A stretch of DNA of 64,000 bases from an uncultured Chloroflexia bacterium (GTDB taxonomy: Bacteria > Chloroflexota > Anaerolineae > Anaerolineales > Anaerolineaceae). Under the pieces are notes generated by a model. That model worked only from the letters and a program-made list of their open reading frames with translations. It made no database searches and was not told the DNA's origin. The stretch's first letter is position 1. Every line of letters begins with the position of its first letter. The stretch covers positions 560,538 to 624,537 of the forward strand of contig CAWDZA010000015.1 of NCBI GenBank assembly GCA_963806635.1. Direction: 5' to 3'. Below are positions 50,167-60,832 of the stretch, one piece after another. A program made the translations under genes and the position numbers.

Positions 50167-50790
50167 TCACCTCCCGGTATCAAGTACTGGTAAGACGTAT
50201 GTGCAACGGTTATCGCCGGAAAGAATGCATTTGACTTTTTCAATGGGGATATCCAACAGGCTGGAAATGAGGGTTTGATCTACCGAACAAACCTCGGGGT
50301 GGGCTTTGCCGATCTGGTAATAGGGACAGGTGATCTCATGTATATGGATTTGCTGACCACGGGTCTCCCAATTCATGGTGAAGCCTTCCTCCGCAAGTAG
50401 CGACTGGAGCAAACCCAGCCTCTCCTCTGTATTTTTTCCTTTTGCCTGGGGCGAGTATTCATCAGCCATATCTTCTGCCATGCGGGTGAAAAGCTGATTG
50501 ACCTGATTTTCAGGCATCGTATCTTTTATTTGGTCAAGAAGACGATTCGTAAGCCGTAAATACCGGCTGGGGAATTTCTCCAGGCCTTTTTCAGTGAGGT
50601 AATAGACGAGACGAGGACGCCCAACACCGTGTCGGACTTCTTCCACACCCAGCAAGCCTTCAGCCTGCAGACTGGCGATATGGTGACGGACTGAAATCGT
50701 ATTTATTCCAACCGCTTCAGCAAGCTCGGGTACAGTGGAGCGGGGATGGCTGCGTAAAGTTTGTAGTATTCGGTCTCTAGTACTGGACAT
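50167..50790 (-). CDS. sufR: SufR-like transcriptional regulator (winged HTH plus C-terminal Cys ligands)
   Basis: N-terminal wHTH RDRILQTLRSHPRSTVPELAEAVGI. C-terminal Cys residues. Divergent from sufCBD. Confidence 0.7.
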   Translation of the reverse strand: MSSTRDRILQTLRSHPRSTVPELAEAVGINTISVRHHIASLQAEGLLGVEEVRHGVGRPRLVYYLTEKGLEKFPSRYLRLTNRLLDQIKDTMPENQVNQLFTRMAEDMADEYSPQAKGKNTEERLGLLQSLLAEEGFTMNWETRGQQIHIHEITCPYYQIGKAHPEVCSVDQTLISSLLDIPIEKVKCILSGDNRCTYVLPVLDTGR

Positions 50791-50816
50791 TCAGTAGAAT
50801 TTCCTTTTCAAGGAAA

Positions 50817-50899
50817 AGTATACCATGACCCCATAAGAAAGGTCAATAATTATGATAAATATAATAAATATTGACAGTCAAATACCTGCATGGTATAAT
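50817..50899. promoter_or_regulatory. Divergent promoter region. Plus strand: TTGACA(50871-50876)-17-TATAAT(50894-50899) for sufC. Minus strand: TTGACC(50841-50846)-18-TATACT(50817-50822) for sufR. The palindrome TTGACAGTCAA overlaps the plus -35.
   Basis: Hexamers and spacers read directly from the sequence. The palindrome is a candidate SufR operator. Confidence 0.6.
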
Positions 50900-50944
50900 T
50901 TAGCGTTTCAACTTTAATTCTTAACACAGCAAGGATTGCGCAGG

Positions 50945-51715
50945 ATGAGCCAGCTTGAAATTCACAATCTGCATGTCTCCATTGAAGGCAAAGAGATCCT
51001 AAAAGGATTGAATCTTGTGCTTCCGCAGGGTCAGGTGCACGCCGTCATGGGTCCAAATGGAACTGGAAAATCGACCCTCGCCTACACATTGATGGGACAC
51101 CCATCTTATGAGGTTACTGAGGGTGAGATTTGTTTCAAGGGGCAGGATTTGCTTGATCTTTCCCCGGATGAACGCTCGCGTTTTGGGCTATTCCTTGCGT
51201 TTCAATACCCGCAATCGATTCCAGGCGTTACGGTGGCGAATTTCCTGCGGACTGCATTAAATTCAAGGCGACGGGCTGTAAACCCACAGGATAAAGGTAT
51301 TCCGATTCCGGAATTCCGGAAAATGCTTAAAGAACAGATGGATGCTTTGAAAATGGATTCATCCTTCGCCGGACGCTACTTGAACGAAGGATTTTCAGGT
51401 GGCGAAAAAAAGCGAGCAGAAGTGCTGCAAATGGCAATGCTCAAGCCAGAGATCGCAATCCTGGACGAGACTGATTCGGGGTTGGATATTGATGCGCTAC
51501 GGATCGTTTCTGAGGGGGTCAATTCTTTGAAGAATCCATCCATGGGCGTGCTGGTGATCACGCATTATCAGCGGATCTTAAACTACATACAGCCGGATGT
51601 TGTCCACGTGATGATGGATGGCCGGGTGGTGGAGACTGGCGGTCCCGAGCTGGCGCTTCACCTGGAAGAACACGGATACGAATGGGTTCGCGAGAAATTA
51701 GAAAACGGACAATAA
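50945..51715 (+). CDS. sufC: Fe-S cluster assembly ATPase SufC
   Basis: ABC ATPase [20 protein letters not shown] at 50945 with AAGGA upstream. The track start is a TTG. Confidence 0.95.
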   Translation: MSQLEIHNLHVSIEGKEILKGLNLVLPQGQVHAVMGPNGTGKSTLAYTLMGHPSYEVTEGEICFKGQDLLDLSPDERSRFGLFLAFQYPQSIPGVTVANFLRTALNSRRRAVNPQDKGIPIPEFRKMLKEQMDALKMDSSFAGRYLNEGFSGGEKKRAEVLQMAMLKPEIAILDETDSGLDIDALRIVSEGVNSLKNPSMGVLVITHYQRILNYIQPDVVHVMMDGRVVETGGPELALHLEEHGYEWVREKLENGQ

Positions 51716-51725
51716 GACATATCTC

Positions 51726-53138
51726 ATGCCAGGTAACGACAGCTCTGAATTTCTAGACCAATTGGGGGATTACAAATACGGATTCAAAGATCCGGAGAAT
51801 TATGTTTTTAAATCCCGCAAAGGATTGGATGCGGAAATTGTACGGCAAATTTCCTCCATGAAAGATGAACCGGAATGGATGCTGAACTTCCGATTGAAGG
51901 CGTTGGCGCATTTTGACCAACGGCCCATGCCTACTTGGGGAGCGGATTTATCCAACCTTGACCTGAATGACATTTATTACTATGTGAAACCCACCCAGGA
52001 TCAGAGCCAATCCTGGGAGGATGTTCCTGAAACAATAAAAAACACCTTCGATAAATTAGGCATCCCAGAAGCCGAGCGAAAATTCCTGGCAGGGGTGGGT
52101 GCGCAGTACGAATCCGAAATGGTATATCACAGCGTTCTGGAGCACCTGGAAAAACAGGGGGTGATCTTCCTAAGTATTGAGGAAGGTCTACGCCAATACC
52201 CGGACTTATTCCGAGAGTATTTTGGAACCGTCATTCCGATCGAAGATAATAAATTTGCTGCTTTGAACAGTGCTGTGTGGTCTGGCGGCTCTTTTGTATT
52301 TATCCCCAAAGGTGTCAAAGTTGATTTGCCCCTGCAGGCGTATTTTCGTTTGAATGTGGCTAATATTGGTCAGTTTGAGCGTTCATTGATCATTGCTGAT
52401 GAAGGCGCACAAGTGCATTATGTGGAAGGTTGCACGGCGCCAAAATACACAACCAATTCGTTCCATTCCGGAGTGATCGAGATCATCGTAAAAAGGGGTG
52501 CACGGGTGCGCTACACGACCATTCAGAATTGGTCCACCAATGTATACAACCTGGTGACCCAACGCGCCAAAGTATATCAGGATGGCTCCATGGAATGGGT
52601 GGATTCCAACCTGGGCTCAAAGGTCACAATGAAATATCCCTCCTGCTATCTGCTGGAACCCGGAGCGCATGGAGAGATCCTTTCCATGGCTTTTGCCGGC
52701 GGAGGGCAGGTGCAGGATGCCGGCGGCAAGGTGATTCATTTTGCTCCACACACGAGCAGCAAGATCACCTCAAAATCGATCAGTAAGGATGGGGGCAGAG
52801 CTTCTTATCGGGGATTGTTAAAAGTGTATCCTGGCGCGAAGGGCAGCTCTTCCAGTGTGGTGTGCGACGCTCTTCTGCTTGATCCTGGTTCCAGGTCGGA
52901 TACTTATCCCACAATCGAGGTGGATGAACAGGATGTAACCATCGGCCACGAGGCAACTGTTTCACGGGTGGGAGAAGAGCAGCTCTTTTACTTGATGAGC
53001 CGGGGACTCTCCGAAGCGGATGCCACCACCATGGTCGTTTCCGGTTTTATCGAGCCTCTGGTTAAAGAACTGCCGATGGAATATGCAGTAGAAATGAACC
53101 GTCTGATCCAACTACAAATGGCCGGTTCCGTTGGGTAA
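51726..53138 (+). CDS. sufB: Fe-S cluster assembly protein SufB
   Basis: [11 protein letters not shown]-terminus and the beta-helix core. Confidence 0.95.
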   Translation: MPGNDSSEFLDQLGDYKYGFKDPENYVFKSRKGLDAEIVRQISSMKDEPEWMLNFRLKALAHFDQRPMPTWGADLSNLDLNDIYYYVKPTQDQSQSWEDVPETIKNTFDKLGIPEAERKFLAGVGAQYESEMVYHSVLEHLEKQGVIFLSIEEGLRQYPDLFREYFGTVIPIEDNKFAALNSAVWSGGSFVFIPKGVKVDLPLQAYFRLNVANIGQFERSLIIADEGAQVHYVEGCTAPKYTTNSFHSGVIEIIVKRGARVRYTTIQNWSTNVYNLVTQRAKVYQDGSMEWVDSNLGSKVTMKYPSCYLLEPGAHGEILSMAFAGGGQVQDAGGKVIHFAPHTSSKITSKSISKDGGRASYRGLLKVYPGAKGSSSSVVCDALLLDPGSRSDTYPTIEVDEQDVTIGHEATVSRVGEEQLFYLMSRGLSEADATTMVVSGFIEPLVKELPMEYAVEMNRLIQLQMAGSVG

Positions 53139-53152
53139 GGGCAGGGGAAAGA

Positions 53153-54490
53153 ATGGCTGATAAACCACGGGTGATCATTCGCCGAACAAAAGAAGAAGGT
53201 GTCGGTGATAAAAAGTTCCGGTTTGGAGTAGACCAGGTCCGGAAAGATGGTTTTTCCCAAAAGGTACGAACATACCGGCAAAAAGCCTGGGAGGCTTTTT
53301 GCAGTTTAGGTTTGCCCGACCCGAAATCCGAATCCTGGCGCCGCAGTAATTTGAAAGATTTTCATCCTGATTTTTACAAGGTGATCTCAGAATTTGATAA
53401 ACGGATTGAAGGCACGGAAAAAAAGCCGGAATTCCTTGGCGAAGTTACAGGCAGGCTGGAACTTGGAGAAAAAAACTTTTCGCGTCAGATCGACGAGAAA
53501 GCTGTTGAAAAAGGGGTTGTCTTTCTTGGCTTATACGATGCTGAGGTTCTGAAATCACCCGAGTTGGATGACGTTATCGGAACGATAATCGATCCATCAC
53601 AGAATATTTTTACCGCTGCTGCCGGCGCGTTTGCCCGGTATGGAAGCGTGATCTGTATCCCTGAAGGTTTGGTGCTTGAAAAACCTCTGAATATTAACTT
53701 AAATATTGCAGGTGAGGGGAAAGCCTTTTTCTCCCATCATCTCATCCATCTGCAGCCAGGCAGCCAGGCAACGATCATTCTGGAAAATAGCGAGGATGCA
53801 AGAGATCCTGGTGTTTGTTTTCACTCTGGTTTGGTAGAAATAAAGATCGAAGAAGGTGCGCAACTCAATTTTGTCGAACTGCAATCCATGGGACAGACCT
53901 CCTGGAACTTTGGATACACCCGGGCAATCCTTTCCAAAGATGCAGCTTTGGATTGGACGGTTGGTACCACCGGGGCAAGGTTTACCAAGAACTTTTCCAG
54001 TTTGAAATTGACCGGAGAAGGCAGTCATTCACGGATATCAGGTTTTTATTTCTCGGATAAAAATCAGTTAATTGATCACGAAACGGAACAGGATCACCTG
54101 GCTCCCCATACAACCAGCGATCTGCTTTTCAAAGGCGCCCTGAAAGACGAGAGCCAGGCTGTTTGGCGTGGGATGATTTACGTGGCTCCGCAGGCCAGTA
54201 AAACCGATGGATATCAAGCTAACCGGAACCTGATCCTAAGCGACAAGGCCAAAGCCGATTCCATCCCGGGGCTCGAAATCCTTACCGATGACGTCCGTTG
54301 CACGCATGGGGCGACGGTAGGACGCATCGACCAGGAGCAGGTTTTTTACCTTGAAAGCCGGGGTATCCCGCGAGTGGAGGCAGAGAAACTGGTCGTGGAG
54401 GGTTTCTTTGAGTCTGTTCTAGATCGCATTCCCTTGGAATCAATTCGGGATAGATTCCGGGATGCTATCAAACGGAAAATGAGTGAATAA
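53153..54490 (+). CDS. sufD: Fe-S cluster assembly protein SufD
   Basis: SufB/D-family C-terminal domain. Sits between sufB and sufS. Confidence 0.9.
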   Translation: MADKPRVIIRRTKEEGVGDKKFRFGVDQVRKDGFSQKVRTYRQKAWEAFCSLGLPDPKSESWRRSNLKDFHPDFYKVISEFDKRIEGTEKKPEFLGEVTGRLELGEKNFSRQIDEKAVEKGVVFLGLYDAEVLKSPELDDVIGTIIDPSQNIFTAAAGAFARYGSVICIPEGLVLEKPLNINLNIAGEGKAFFSHHLIHLQPGSQATIILENSEDARDPGVCFHSGLVEIKIEEGAQLNFVELQSMGQTSWNFGYTRAILSKDAALDWTVGTTGARFTKNFSSLKLTGEGSHSRISGFYFSDKNQLIDHETEQDHLAPHTTSDLLFKGALKDESQAVWRGMIYVAPQASKTDGYQANRNLILSDKAKADSIPGLEILTDDVRCTHGATVGRIDQEQVFYLESRGIPRVEAEKLVVEGFFESVLDRIPLESIRDRFRDAIKRKMSE

Positions 54491-54569
54491 AAGCAAAGGG
54501 TCATTTGGTATCCATGGATGGCCATGCTAGAATGATATAGAAAACTCGTTGATTTGATCGGAGAAATTT

Positions 54570-54863
54570 ATGGCAGACGTTTCGTTTATGAAAGCACCGG
54601 GACCCGAAACCACTTTCGAGGTGGGTGATACTGTGGAGGTTTACTGTGACCACGAGAAAAGCAGTCTCAGAACTCGCGGTTGGCTGAAGGGGATTGTTGT
54701 GCAGGTAGACTACAAAATGGTCGCGGTGCAATTTCGCACGAATGTATATTTAACCGATGGCTGGATGGTTCCAGATCATATTCTCTGGTTTCCTTTGAAT
54801 TCCCAGCATATTCGGTTTCCGCAAGTTAAAAATCCGCATTCCTCGATGCCAAAAGGCGCCTAG
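54570..54863 (+). CDS. Small 97-aa hypothetical protein inserted in the suf operon
   Basis: GGAGA RBS. Beta-rich GDTVEV...GWLKGIVVQV...VAVQF pattern, possibly a small beta-barrel. Confidence 0.45.
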   Translation: MADVSFMKAPGPETTFEVGDTVEVYCDHEKSSLRTRGWLKGIVVQVDYKMVAVQFRTNVYLTDGWMVPDHILWFPLNSQHIRFPQVKNPHSSMPKGA

Positions 54864-54887
54864 GTCTGATCTCAAATTCCACAATTT

Positions 54888-56120
54888 ATGACTTCGCTTA
54901 ATCCGATAGAAATCCGTAAGGATTTTCCAATTCTGCATCAGGAAGTGCATCCAGGCAAACCTCTGGTTTACCTGGATTCAACTGCAACGACACAAAAACC
55001 TGTCTCTGTACTTGATAGCATGGATGATTATTACCGAAAATCCAATGCAAATATTCACCGCGGCGTCTATACCATCGCTGAAGAGGCAACTGCTCTCTAC
55101 GAAGGAGCGAGGGAAAAAGTTGCCAATTTTATTGGCGCGCGAAAGAGCCGGGAAGTGATCTTCACCCGCAATGCCACCGAATCGATCAATCTGGTGGCTT
55201 ATTCATGGGGAAGAGCAAATCTGAACCAGGGGGATTTGGTGATCCTGACCGAAATGGAGCACCACGCTAATTTGGTCCCTTGGCAGATGCTTGCCGCTGA
55301 AAAAGAAATTCGACTGGAGTTTATCCCGGTAACTGATAATGGCTTGCTTGATCTGGAAGAATACCCTCGATTGCTGGATCTTTCACCAAAGTTGGTTGCA
55401 TTCACCCACATGTCCAATGTGTTGGGAACAATCACGCCGGCCAAAGAGATAACAAAAGCAGCACATGATGCTGGCGCGCTTGTGCTTATTGACGGGGCGC
55501 AGTCGGTGCCGCATTTTCCTCTGAATATTCGGGAGATTGATGCGGATTTCCTGGTGTTTTCCGCACACAAGATGTGCGGACCAACCGGGGTTGGCGTCCT
55601 ATATGGCAGGGAGTCCATCCTGGATGAGATGCCTCCGTTCCAGGGGGGCGGGGACATGATCAAAAAGGTTCATCTGCGTTCCTTCGTCCCGAACGATTTA
55701 CCCCACAAGTTCGAAGCCGGCACTCCAGCCATCGCGGAAGTTATTGGTCTCGGTGCTGCGATAGATTATCTAAACCGGTTTGGCATGGATGCGATTCAAA
55801 AGTACGAACACGAGATCATTAATTATGCGCTTAGAAAATTATCAGCGGTAGTGGGCGTAAAAGTTTATGGTCCTGATGCGCAACAAAAAGGGGCGGTAGC
55901 TTCCTTTAGTTTGGCTGGGGTTCATCCGCACGATGTCGCGCAAATCCTGGATTCCGAAGGGATTGCTGTTCGTGCCGGTCACCACTGTGCCATGCCACTG
56001 CACGAACGCTTTCACCTTGATGCAACGACGAGAGCCAGTTTTTATATCTACAACACTCTCGAAGAGGTTGATAAATTAGTGGATGGGTTGGAAAAAGTTA
56101 AAAAGGTTTTTAGAGTGTGA
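54888..56120 (+). CDS. sufS: Cysteine desulfurase SufS
   Basis: PLP Lys region FSAHKMCGPTGVG. Active-site RAGHHCA. Confidence 0.95.
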   Translation: MTSLNPIEIRKDFPILHQEVHPGKPLVYLDSTATTQKPVSVLDSMDDYYRKSNANIHRGVYTIAEEATALYEGAREKVANFIGARKSREVIFTRNATESINLVAYSWGRANLNQGDLVILTEMEHHANLVPWQMLAAEKEIRLEFIPVTDNGLLDLEEYPRLLDLSPKLVAFTHMSNVLGTITPAKEITKAAHDAGALVLIDGAQSVPHFPLNIREIDADFLVFSAHKMCGPTGVGVLYGRESILDEMPPFQGGGDMIKKVHLRSFVPNDLPHKFEAGTPAIAEVIGLGAAIDYLNRFGMDAIQKYEHEIINYALRKLSAVVGVKVYGPDAQQKGAVASFSLAGVHPHDVAQILDSEGIAVRAGHHCAMPLHERFHLDATTRASFYIYNTLEEVDKLVDGLEKVKKVFRV

Positions 56121-56124
56121 ACTT

Positions 56125-56529
56125 ATGGACGATCTTTACCGGGAAGTGATCATCGATCGCAGCGCGAATCCAATTTATAAAGGCAAATTGGATCCGAATG
56201 ATATCTCTTTCGAAGATGAAAATCCCTTGTGCGGGGATGTTATCCGGGTAGATTTGCGGGTGGATGCAGAGAACCGGATCACGGAAGCTGCTTTCGATGG
56301 TCATGGATGTGCAATTTCGCAGGCATCCGCAGATTTGCTGATGGAATCCATCATTGGCAAGGATCTGGAATCGATCAAATCATTAACCAAAAAGGATATT
56401 CTTGATAATCTGGGGATAGAGTTGGGGGCCGTGCGGCTAAAATGCGCGCTTTTATCTTTGAAAGCACTCAAAGCTGGAGTTTATGGATTGAGCAAATCAA
56501 ATGACGATCTTGTGGAGGGAAATGAATGA
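56125..56529 (+). CDS. sufU: SufU/IscU-like sulfur acceptor scaffold
   Basis: NPLCGDVI...GHGCAISQASADLL. Confidence 0.85.
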   Translation: MDDLYREVIIDRSANPIYKGKLDPNDISFEDENPLCGDVIRVDLRVDAENRITEAAFDGHGCAISQASADLLMESIIGKDLESIKSLTKKDILDNLGIELGAVRLKCALLSLKALKAGVYGLSKSNDDLVEGNE

Positions 56530-56858
56530 CAGAAAATGAAGTGGATTTCATCCCCGTAGCTTCGAAAGCGGAATTAGGAAGAGGGGAACGGCTCGTGATT
56601 GAGGTGGAGGGAAATCCGATCGTTATTTTCAACGTGGATGATAGATATTATGCCATCGATGGCATTTGCAGCCATGATGAGGAAGATTTGGCAGAGGGAT
56701 CGCTGGATGGTTTTGAGCTGACCTGCCCAAGGCATGGCGGCCGGTTTGATATCCGCGATGGCAGTGTGTTGGCACTGCCGGCTTACCAGGAGATCAATTC
56801 CTATCCGGTTGAACTGCACGGGGACGAGATCGTGATCGGTTTACCGAAAGCCAATTAG
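56526..56858 (+). CDS. Rieske [2Fe-2S] domain ferredoxin
   Basis: CSHDEEDL...CPRHGGRF. ATGA overlap with sufU. Confidence 0.8.
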   Translation: MTENEVDFIPVASKAELGRGERLVIEVEGNPIVIFNVDDRYYAIDGICSHDEEDLAEGSLDGFELTCPRHGGRFDIRDGSVLALPAYQEINSYPVELHGDEIVIGLPKAN

Positions 56859-56876
56859 ATCCGGTTTTCGTTTTTC

Positions 56877-57530
56877 CTAATTCGACATTGAATCAAATGA
56901 GCCGATGATCCGAAGTGTCTCAAACCCTTCGGCGAAGGGGCGTTGGGCGATGATCCCGTTCCGAAGGAGAATCGCTTTGGTCGCTTCCGGATCAAAGTAA
57001 TACTTATTCTGGTATGTTTCGTATTCCGCTAGAGCTTTGAGTTTCAGATCGACATCCTCCTGGCAAACTTCAACCAGGAAATTTGGGAAAAATCCGTAAC
57101 TGGATCGGATCACATCGAAACCAAAAACGGAAGTTCCCCTGAATGCCCGCAGCACTTCCTCGGTCACAGCGGCATGATCCTGATGGATATCTGCTCTTGT
57201 GTGGGTGAAAACGATGTCCGGTTTTTGCGTTTGATTGAATTGAATGAGGTATTCCAGTATCTCCTGGCGCTGTTCCGGAAAGCGACGGGTTTCGAATGTA
57301 CCAATAATCGCATGGTCATCAGCCACGCCGAGCACTTTCATGCTTCGCCGGCATTCCGTCTTCACGTTTTTAAGGTCTGGATTCTTCTGATTGTCGGACA
57401 GTGTGAGGCAGAAAACTTCAGTGCGGGGTGAAATGTGCGCGATCAAGGCACCAGCGCCGATTTCGATATCATCCGGGTGCGCCCCGATGAAGCAAACCTT
57501 ACGACCGTAAAACAGCATGTCCGTATTCAT
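56877..57530 (-). CDS. PIG-L / LmbE-family deacetylase
   Basis: VCFIGAHPDDIEIGAG...HQDH. Confidence 0.8.
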   Translation of the reverse strand: MNTDMLFYGRKVCFIGAHPDDIEIGAGALIAHISPRTEVFCLTLSDNQKNPDLKNVKTECRRSMKVLGVADDHAIIGTFETRRFPEQRQEILEYLIQFNQTQKPDIVFTHTRADIHQDHAAVTEEVLRAFRGTSVFGFDVIRSSYGFFPNFLVEVCQEDVDLKLKALAEYETYQNKYYFDPEATKAILLRNGIIAQRPFAEGFETLRIIGSFDSMSN

Positions 57531-57535
57531 GATGG

Positions 57536-58336
57536 TTATTTTGTGGCCAGAAAGCCGCCAACCACCTTGGTCATCACCAATTTGCCATCTTGCTTAAGCC
57601 GCTTTTCGGCAACGTCTTTGATTTGTGACATAACGATTTCGAAGGAGTTCTCGCCGCTGAACAAATCCCCCCAGAGTTTTCTATCCTCTGAAAGAGATGC
57701 TCGGGTATACGCGAGGAAGGGATCAACTGTTTCAAATGTAAGTGGGTTTTCAAAAATATGGACATCCACTTTTGAAAATAGGGATCGAATGGTACCCAGG
57801 AATTCGGTGCTATAGCGGGAACTGCCAGGCATGGGGGGGATGGGTTTTCCCGTCGCTTCTTTAATGATCTCATAGAACAATTTCTTATTTTCCGGCATGG
57901 GTCCGGTGGTGAAGAGCCTGCCACCCGCGCGAAGCACGCGGTGCATCTCACCGATGGTGAAGGGCACATCCAGGGCGTAATATATTGCAAAGCAGCAGGA
58001 TACGAAATCGAACGTTGCTGTTGGAAATTCAAATTTCTTATTGAAGTTCAACTCGAGGAATTTGATGCCTGTGTTTTGAGAATCATTCTTTTCGCGGGCC
58101 TGGTTTAACAGATCCTGGCTGACATCCCCGCCAGTGATATCGGCATTTCCCTTCAAATATTGATGGTAGGAAAAACATTGTTTACCCGCCCCACAGCCAA
58201 CATCCAGGATCTTCATTCCGGGTTGCAGTTTGATGAGGTCGATCATCCAGCTGTCGATATCCCGGCCGCCGTATTTGGAGTGAATATCTATGCGGGTGGC
58301 GAGATCACTGGTTGTTTCCTGGTAATTGATTTTCAT
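57536..58336 (-). CDS. Class I SAM-dependent methyltransferase
   Basis: ILDVGCGAGKQ motif I. Confidence 0.8.
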   Translation of the reverse strand: MKINYQETTSDLATRIDIHSKYGGRDIDSWMIDLIKLQPGMKILDVGCGAGKQCFSYHQYLKGNADITGGDVSQDLLNQAREKNDSQNTGIKFLELNFNKKFEFPTATFDFVSCCFAIYYALDVPFTIGEMHRVLRAGGRLFTTGPMPENKKLFYEIIKEATGKPIPPMPGSSRYSTEFLGTIRSLFSKVDVHIFENPLTFETVDPFLAYTRASLSEDRKLWGDLFSGENSFEIVMSQIKDVAEKRLKQDGKLVMTKVVGGFLATK

Positions 58337-58413
58337 TATTCCTCTGATGTATTTTTTAGCAAGTATATTGGCTTAAGCCCGAATGTCAAGGAGAACGCCG
58401 CTGCTCTAATTAC

Positions 58414-59481
58414 TCAACAAATACGGGGGAGCATTTCACCGGAGAGCATATCCAGAATGCGGGTTCCACCGATAAGCGTTTTGAGAAGAACCCGGGGTTT
58501 CCTGAAATCGGTGATATGCCCAATTACGGCGGAGTTTCGACCGTATTTGTGGCTATGAAGCGCCGCCAGGGCAGCTGATGATTGCTCTTCTGGAAGAATG
58601 ATGACCAATTTCCCTTCGTTGGCCACATAAAGGGGATCAAACCCCAGCATTTCACAGCATGTTCTGACCGGTTTGGCGACGGGAATGGCTTTTTCATTCA
58701 GGAGGATCTCGCAGTTGCTTTGGGAGGCGATCTCATTCAATGTGGTTGCCAGTCCGCCGCGGGTGGGGTCGCGAAGGACGTGTACATCCGGAACGGCTTT
58801 AAGAAGCTCTGTTATCAGGTTGTTCAAAGGTGCCACATCGGATTGGATCTCCGATTCGATCGCGAGCTCGCCGCGGGCAGAGATGACAGCCATGCCATGA
58901 TCAGCCATTGTTCCAGTGACAAGGATTACGTCACCGGGTTTGGCATTGGCACCATTTATGGAAAGTGAGGCGGATTTCCAACCGATCCCAGTTGTATTGA
59001 TATACAACCCGTCACAGCGACCTTTTTCCACCACCTTGGTATCGCCGGCGACAATTAATACTCCAGCTTCCTCGCAAGCTGTTTTCATGGATTCGGCTAC
59101 CCGGATCAACGTTTCAACGGGTAAACCTTCTTCCAGAATGAATCCGGCTGTTAGATAATCCGGTCTGGCACCCGAGACGGCGATATCGTTGACCGTGCCA
59201 CAGACGGCCAGGCGGCCGATATCACCCCCGGGAAAAAATAATGGCGAGACAACATGGCTGTCGGTGGTAAGGATCAGGTCACCTGGCAGGGAGGGCAGGG
59301 CAGCAAAATCGTTACCAGCATCCAGGGATGGATTGGAAAATAGGGGTTCGAAAACCTGTTGGATCAAATCGCGGGTCATGCGACCGCCGCTGCCGTGACC
59401 CATTACGACCTGGGCGCCATGCGGCAGGGGCATAGGGCAGGAGGCGTTTGCGAAAGAGGGAGCATCTGAAATATTTGGCAT
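58414..59481 (-). CDS. hypE: [NiFe]-hydrogenase maturation protein HypE
   Basis: AIR-synthase-like fold. Ends in the PRIC motif. Confidence 0.9.
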   Translation of the reverse strand: MPNISDAPSFANASCPMPLPHGAQVVMGHGSGGRMTRDLIQQVFEPLFSNPSLDAGNDFAALPSLPGDLILTTDSHVVSPLFFPGGDIGRLAVCGTVNDIAVSGARPDYLTAGFILEEGLPVETLIRVAESMKTACEEAGVLIVAGDTKVVEKGRCDGLYINTTGIGWKSASLSINGANAKPGDVILVTGTMADHGMAVISARGELAIESEIQSDVAPLNNLITELLKAVPDVHVLRDPTRGGLATTLNEIASQSNCEILLNEKAIPVAKPVRTCCEMLGFDPLYVANEGKLVIILPEEQSSAALAALHSHKYGRNSAVIGHITDFRKPRVLLKTLIGGTRILDMLSGEMLPRIC

Positions 59482-59487
59482 GGTAGC

Positions 59488-60582
59488 TCAAACAGCGTCC
59501 GAAGAATAGCGGTAATAGGCTGAACATGCGCCTTCCGAGGATACCATTGGCGCGCCAAGTGGCTTGGAAGGATTGCACAGGACCCGAAAAGCGGGGCATT
59601 GATTGGGTTTTTTTGTTCCGCGGAGGATCTCGCCGGCGATACACACCTCTGATTCATGAGCAACGATGGCAGAAGTGTCGAACCGGTTTTCAGCGTCAAA
59701 GCGCGCAAAATCTGGATGCAAACCCCAACCACTTTGAGGGATCATCCCAATCCCACGCCAATTTCGGTCGACGGGGATATACACCTGGCTTATCATCCGT
59801 TGTGCAGATTGATTCCCTTTCTCGGTCACCGCGCGTTCATAGGCATTTTCAACTGTGAATGTATGTTTCTCCAACTGCTTTACGCATTGGGTGATACCCC
59901 TGACCAGGTCGAGCGGCTCAAATCCGGTGACCACAATTGGGATGCGGTACTGCGCGGCGAGCGGGAGGTATTCCCAATACCCCATCACTGAACAGACGTG
60001 CCCTGCAGCCAGGAATCCCTGGACACGATTATCCGGCGATGAGAGAAGGGCTTGCATGGCAGGCGGAACACACACCTGGGATACCAGGATTGAGTAATTC
60101 TTCAAACCTAGATTATTGGCTTGCAGGACGGAGGCTGCATTTACCGGCGCGGTTGTTTCAAAACCGATGGCAAAAAAAACAACCTGTTTTTCGGGATTTT
60201 CCTGGGCGATCTTGACCGCATCGAGGGGTGAATAGACAACGCGGACACTGCCTCCACCGGCGCGTACAGAGAAAAGGTCCTCATTGGAGCCAGGCACACG
60301 CAGCATATCCCCGAAGGAGCAAAAAATAACCTCGGGTCGAGAAGCGATCGCGATGGCTTTATCGACCAACTCCAAGGGGGTGACACAGACTGGGCAGCCT
60401 GGACCATGAACCAACTCCAATCCAGGCGGAAGGAGCTGGTCGAGACCATATTGCATTATGGCATGCGTCTGACCACCGCAAATCTCCATGATTACCCATG
60501 GTTGCGTGGTAACTTTATTAAGATCTTCGAGGGCAGCGTGGACCAGCCGGGCGTCCCGAAAATCCTCAAGAGGAAAGCTCAT
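59488..60582 (-). CDS. hypD: [NiFe]-hydrogenase maturation protein HypD
   Basis: [23 protein letters not shown]. Confidence 0.9.
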   Translation of the reverse strand: MSFPLEDFRDARLVHAALEDLNKVTTQPWVIMEICGGQTHAIMQYGLDQLLPPGLELVHGPGCPVCVTPLELVDKAIAIASRPEVIFCSFGDMLRVPGSNEDLFSVRAGGGSVRVVYSPLDAVKIAQENPEKQVVFFAIGFETTAPVNAASVLQANNLGLKNYSILVSQVCVPPAMQALLSSPDNRVQGFLAAGHVCSVMGYWEYLPLAAQYRIPIVVTGFEPLDLVRGITQCVKQLEKHTFTVENAYERAVTEKGNQSAQRMISQVYIPVDRNWRGIGMIPQSGWGLHPDFARFDAENRFDTSAIVAHESEVCIAGEILRGTKKPNQCPAFRVLCNPSKPLGAPMVSSEGACSAYYRYSSDAV

Positions 60583-60829
60583 TCAACTCCGATTCCGCGT
60601 CCGCAAGCGCGTCCATCTCGCGAAATATTTCCAGGGTTTCGAGTGCTTCCTTTTCACTCAACGTATTCAGCGCAAAACCAGCATGCACAATGACATAATC
60701 CCCTAATTTTGCTTCAGGCAAGGCCTCCAGACAGGTTTCCCGAAGCACGCCACCGAAATCCACCTTAGCCATACGCATGCCATTGGCTGTATGAATTTCA
60801 GTAATTTTTCCAGGTATCGCCAGACACAT
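60566..60829 (-). CDS. hypC: [NiFe]-hydrogenase maturation protein HypC
   Basis: [10 protein letters not shown]-terminus. Confidence 0.9.
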   Translation of the reverse strand: MCLAIPGKITEIHTANGMRMAKVDFGGVLRETCLEALPEAKLGDYVIVHAGFALNTLSEKEALETLEIFREMDALADAESELNELSS

Positions 60830-60832
60830 AAT

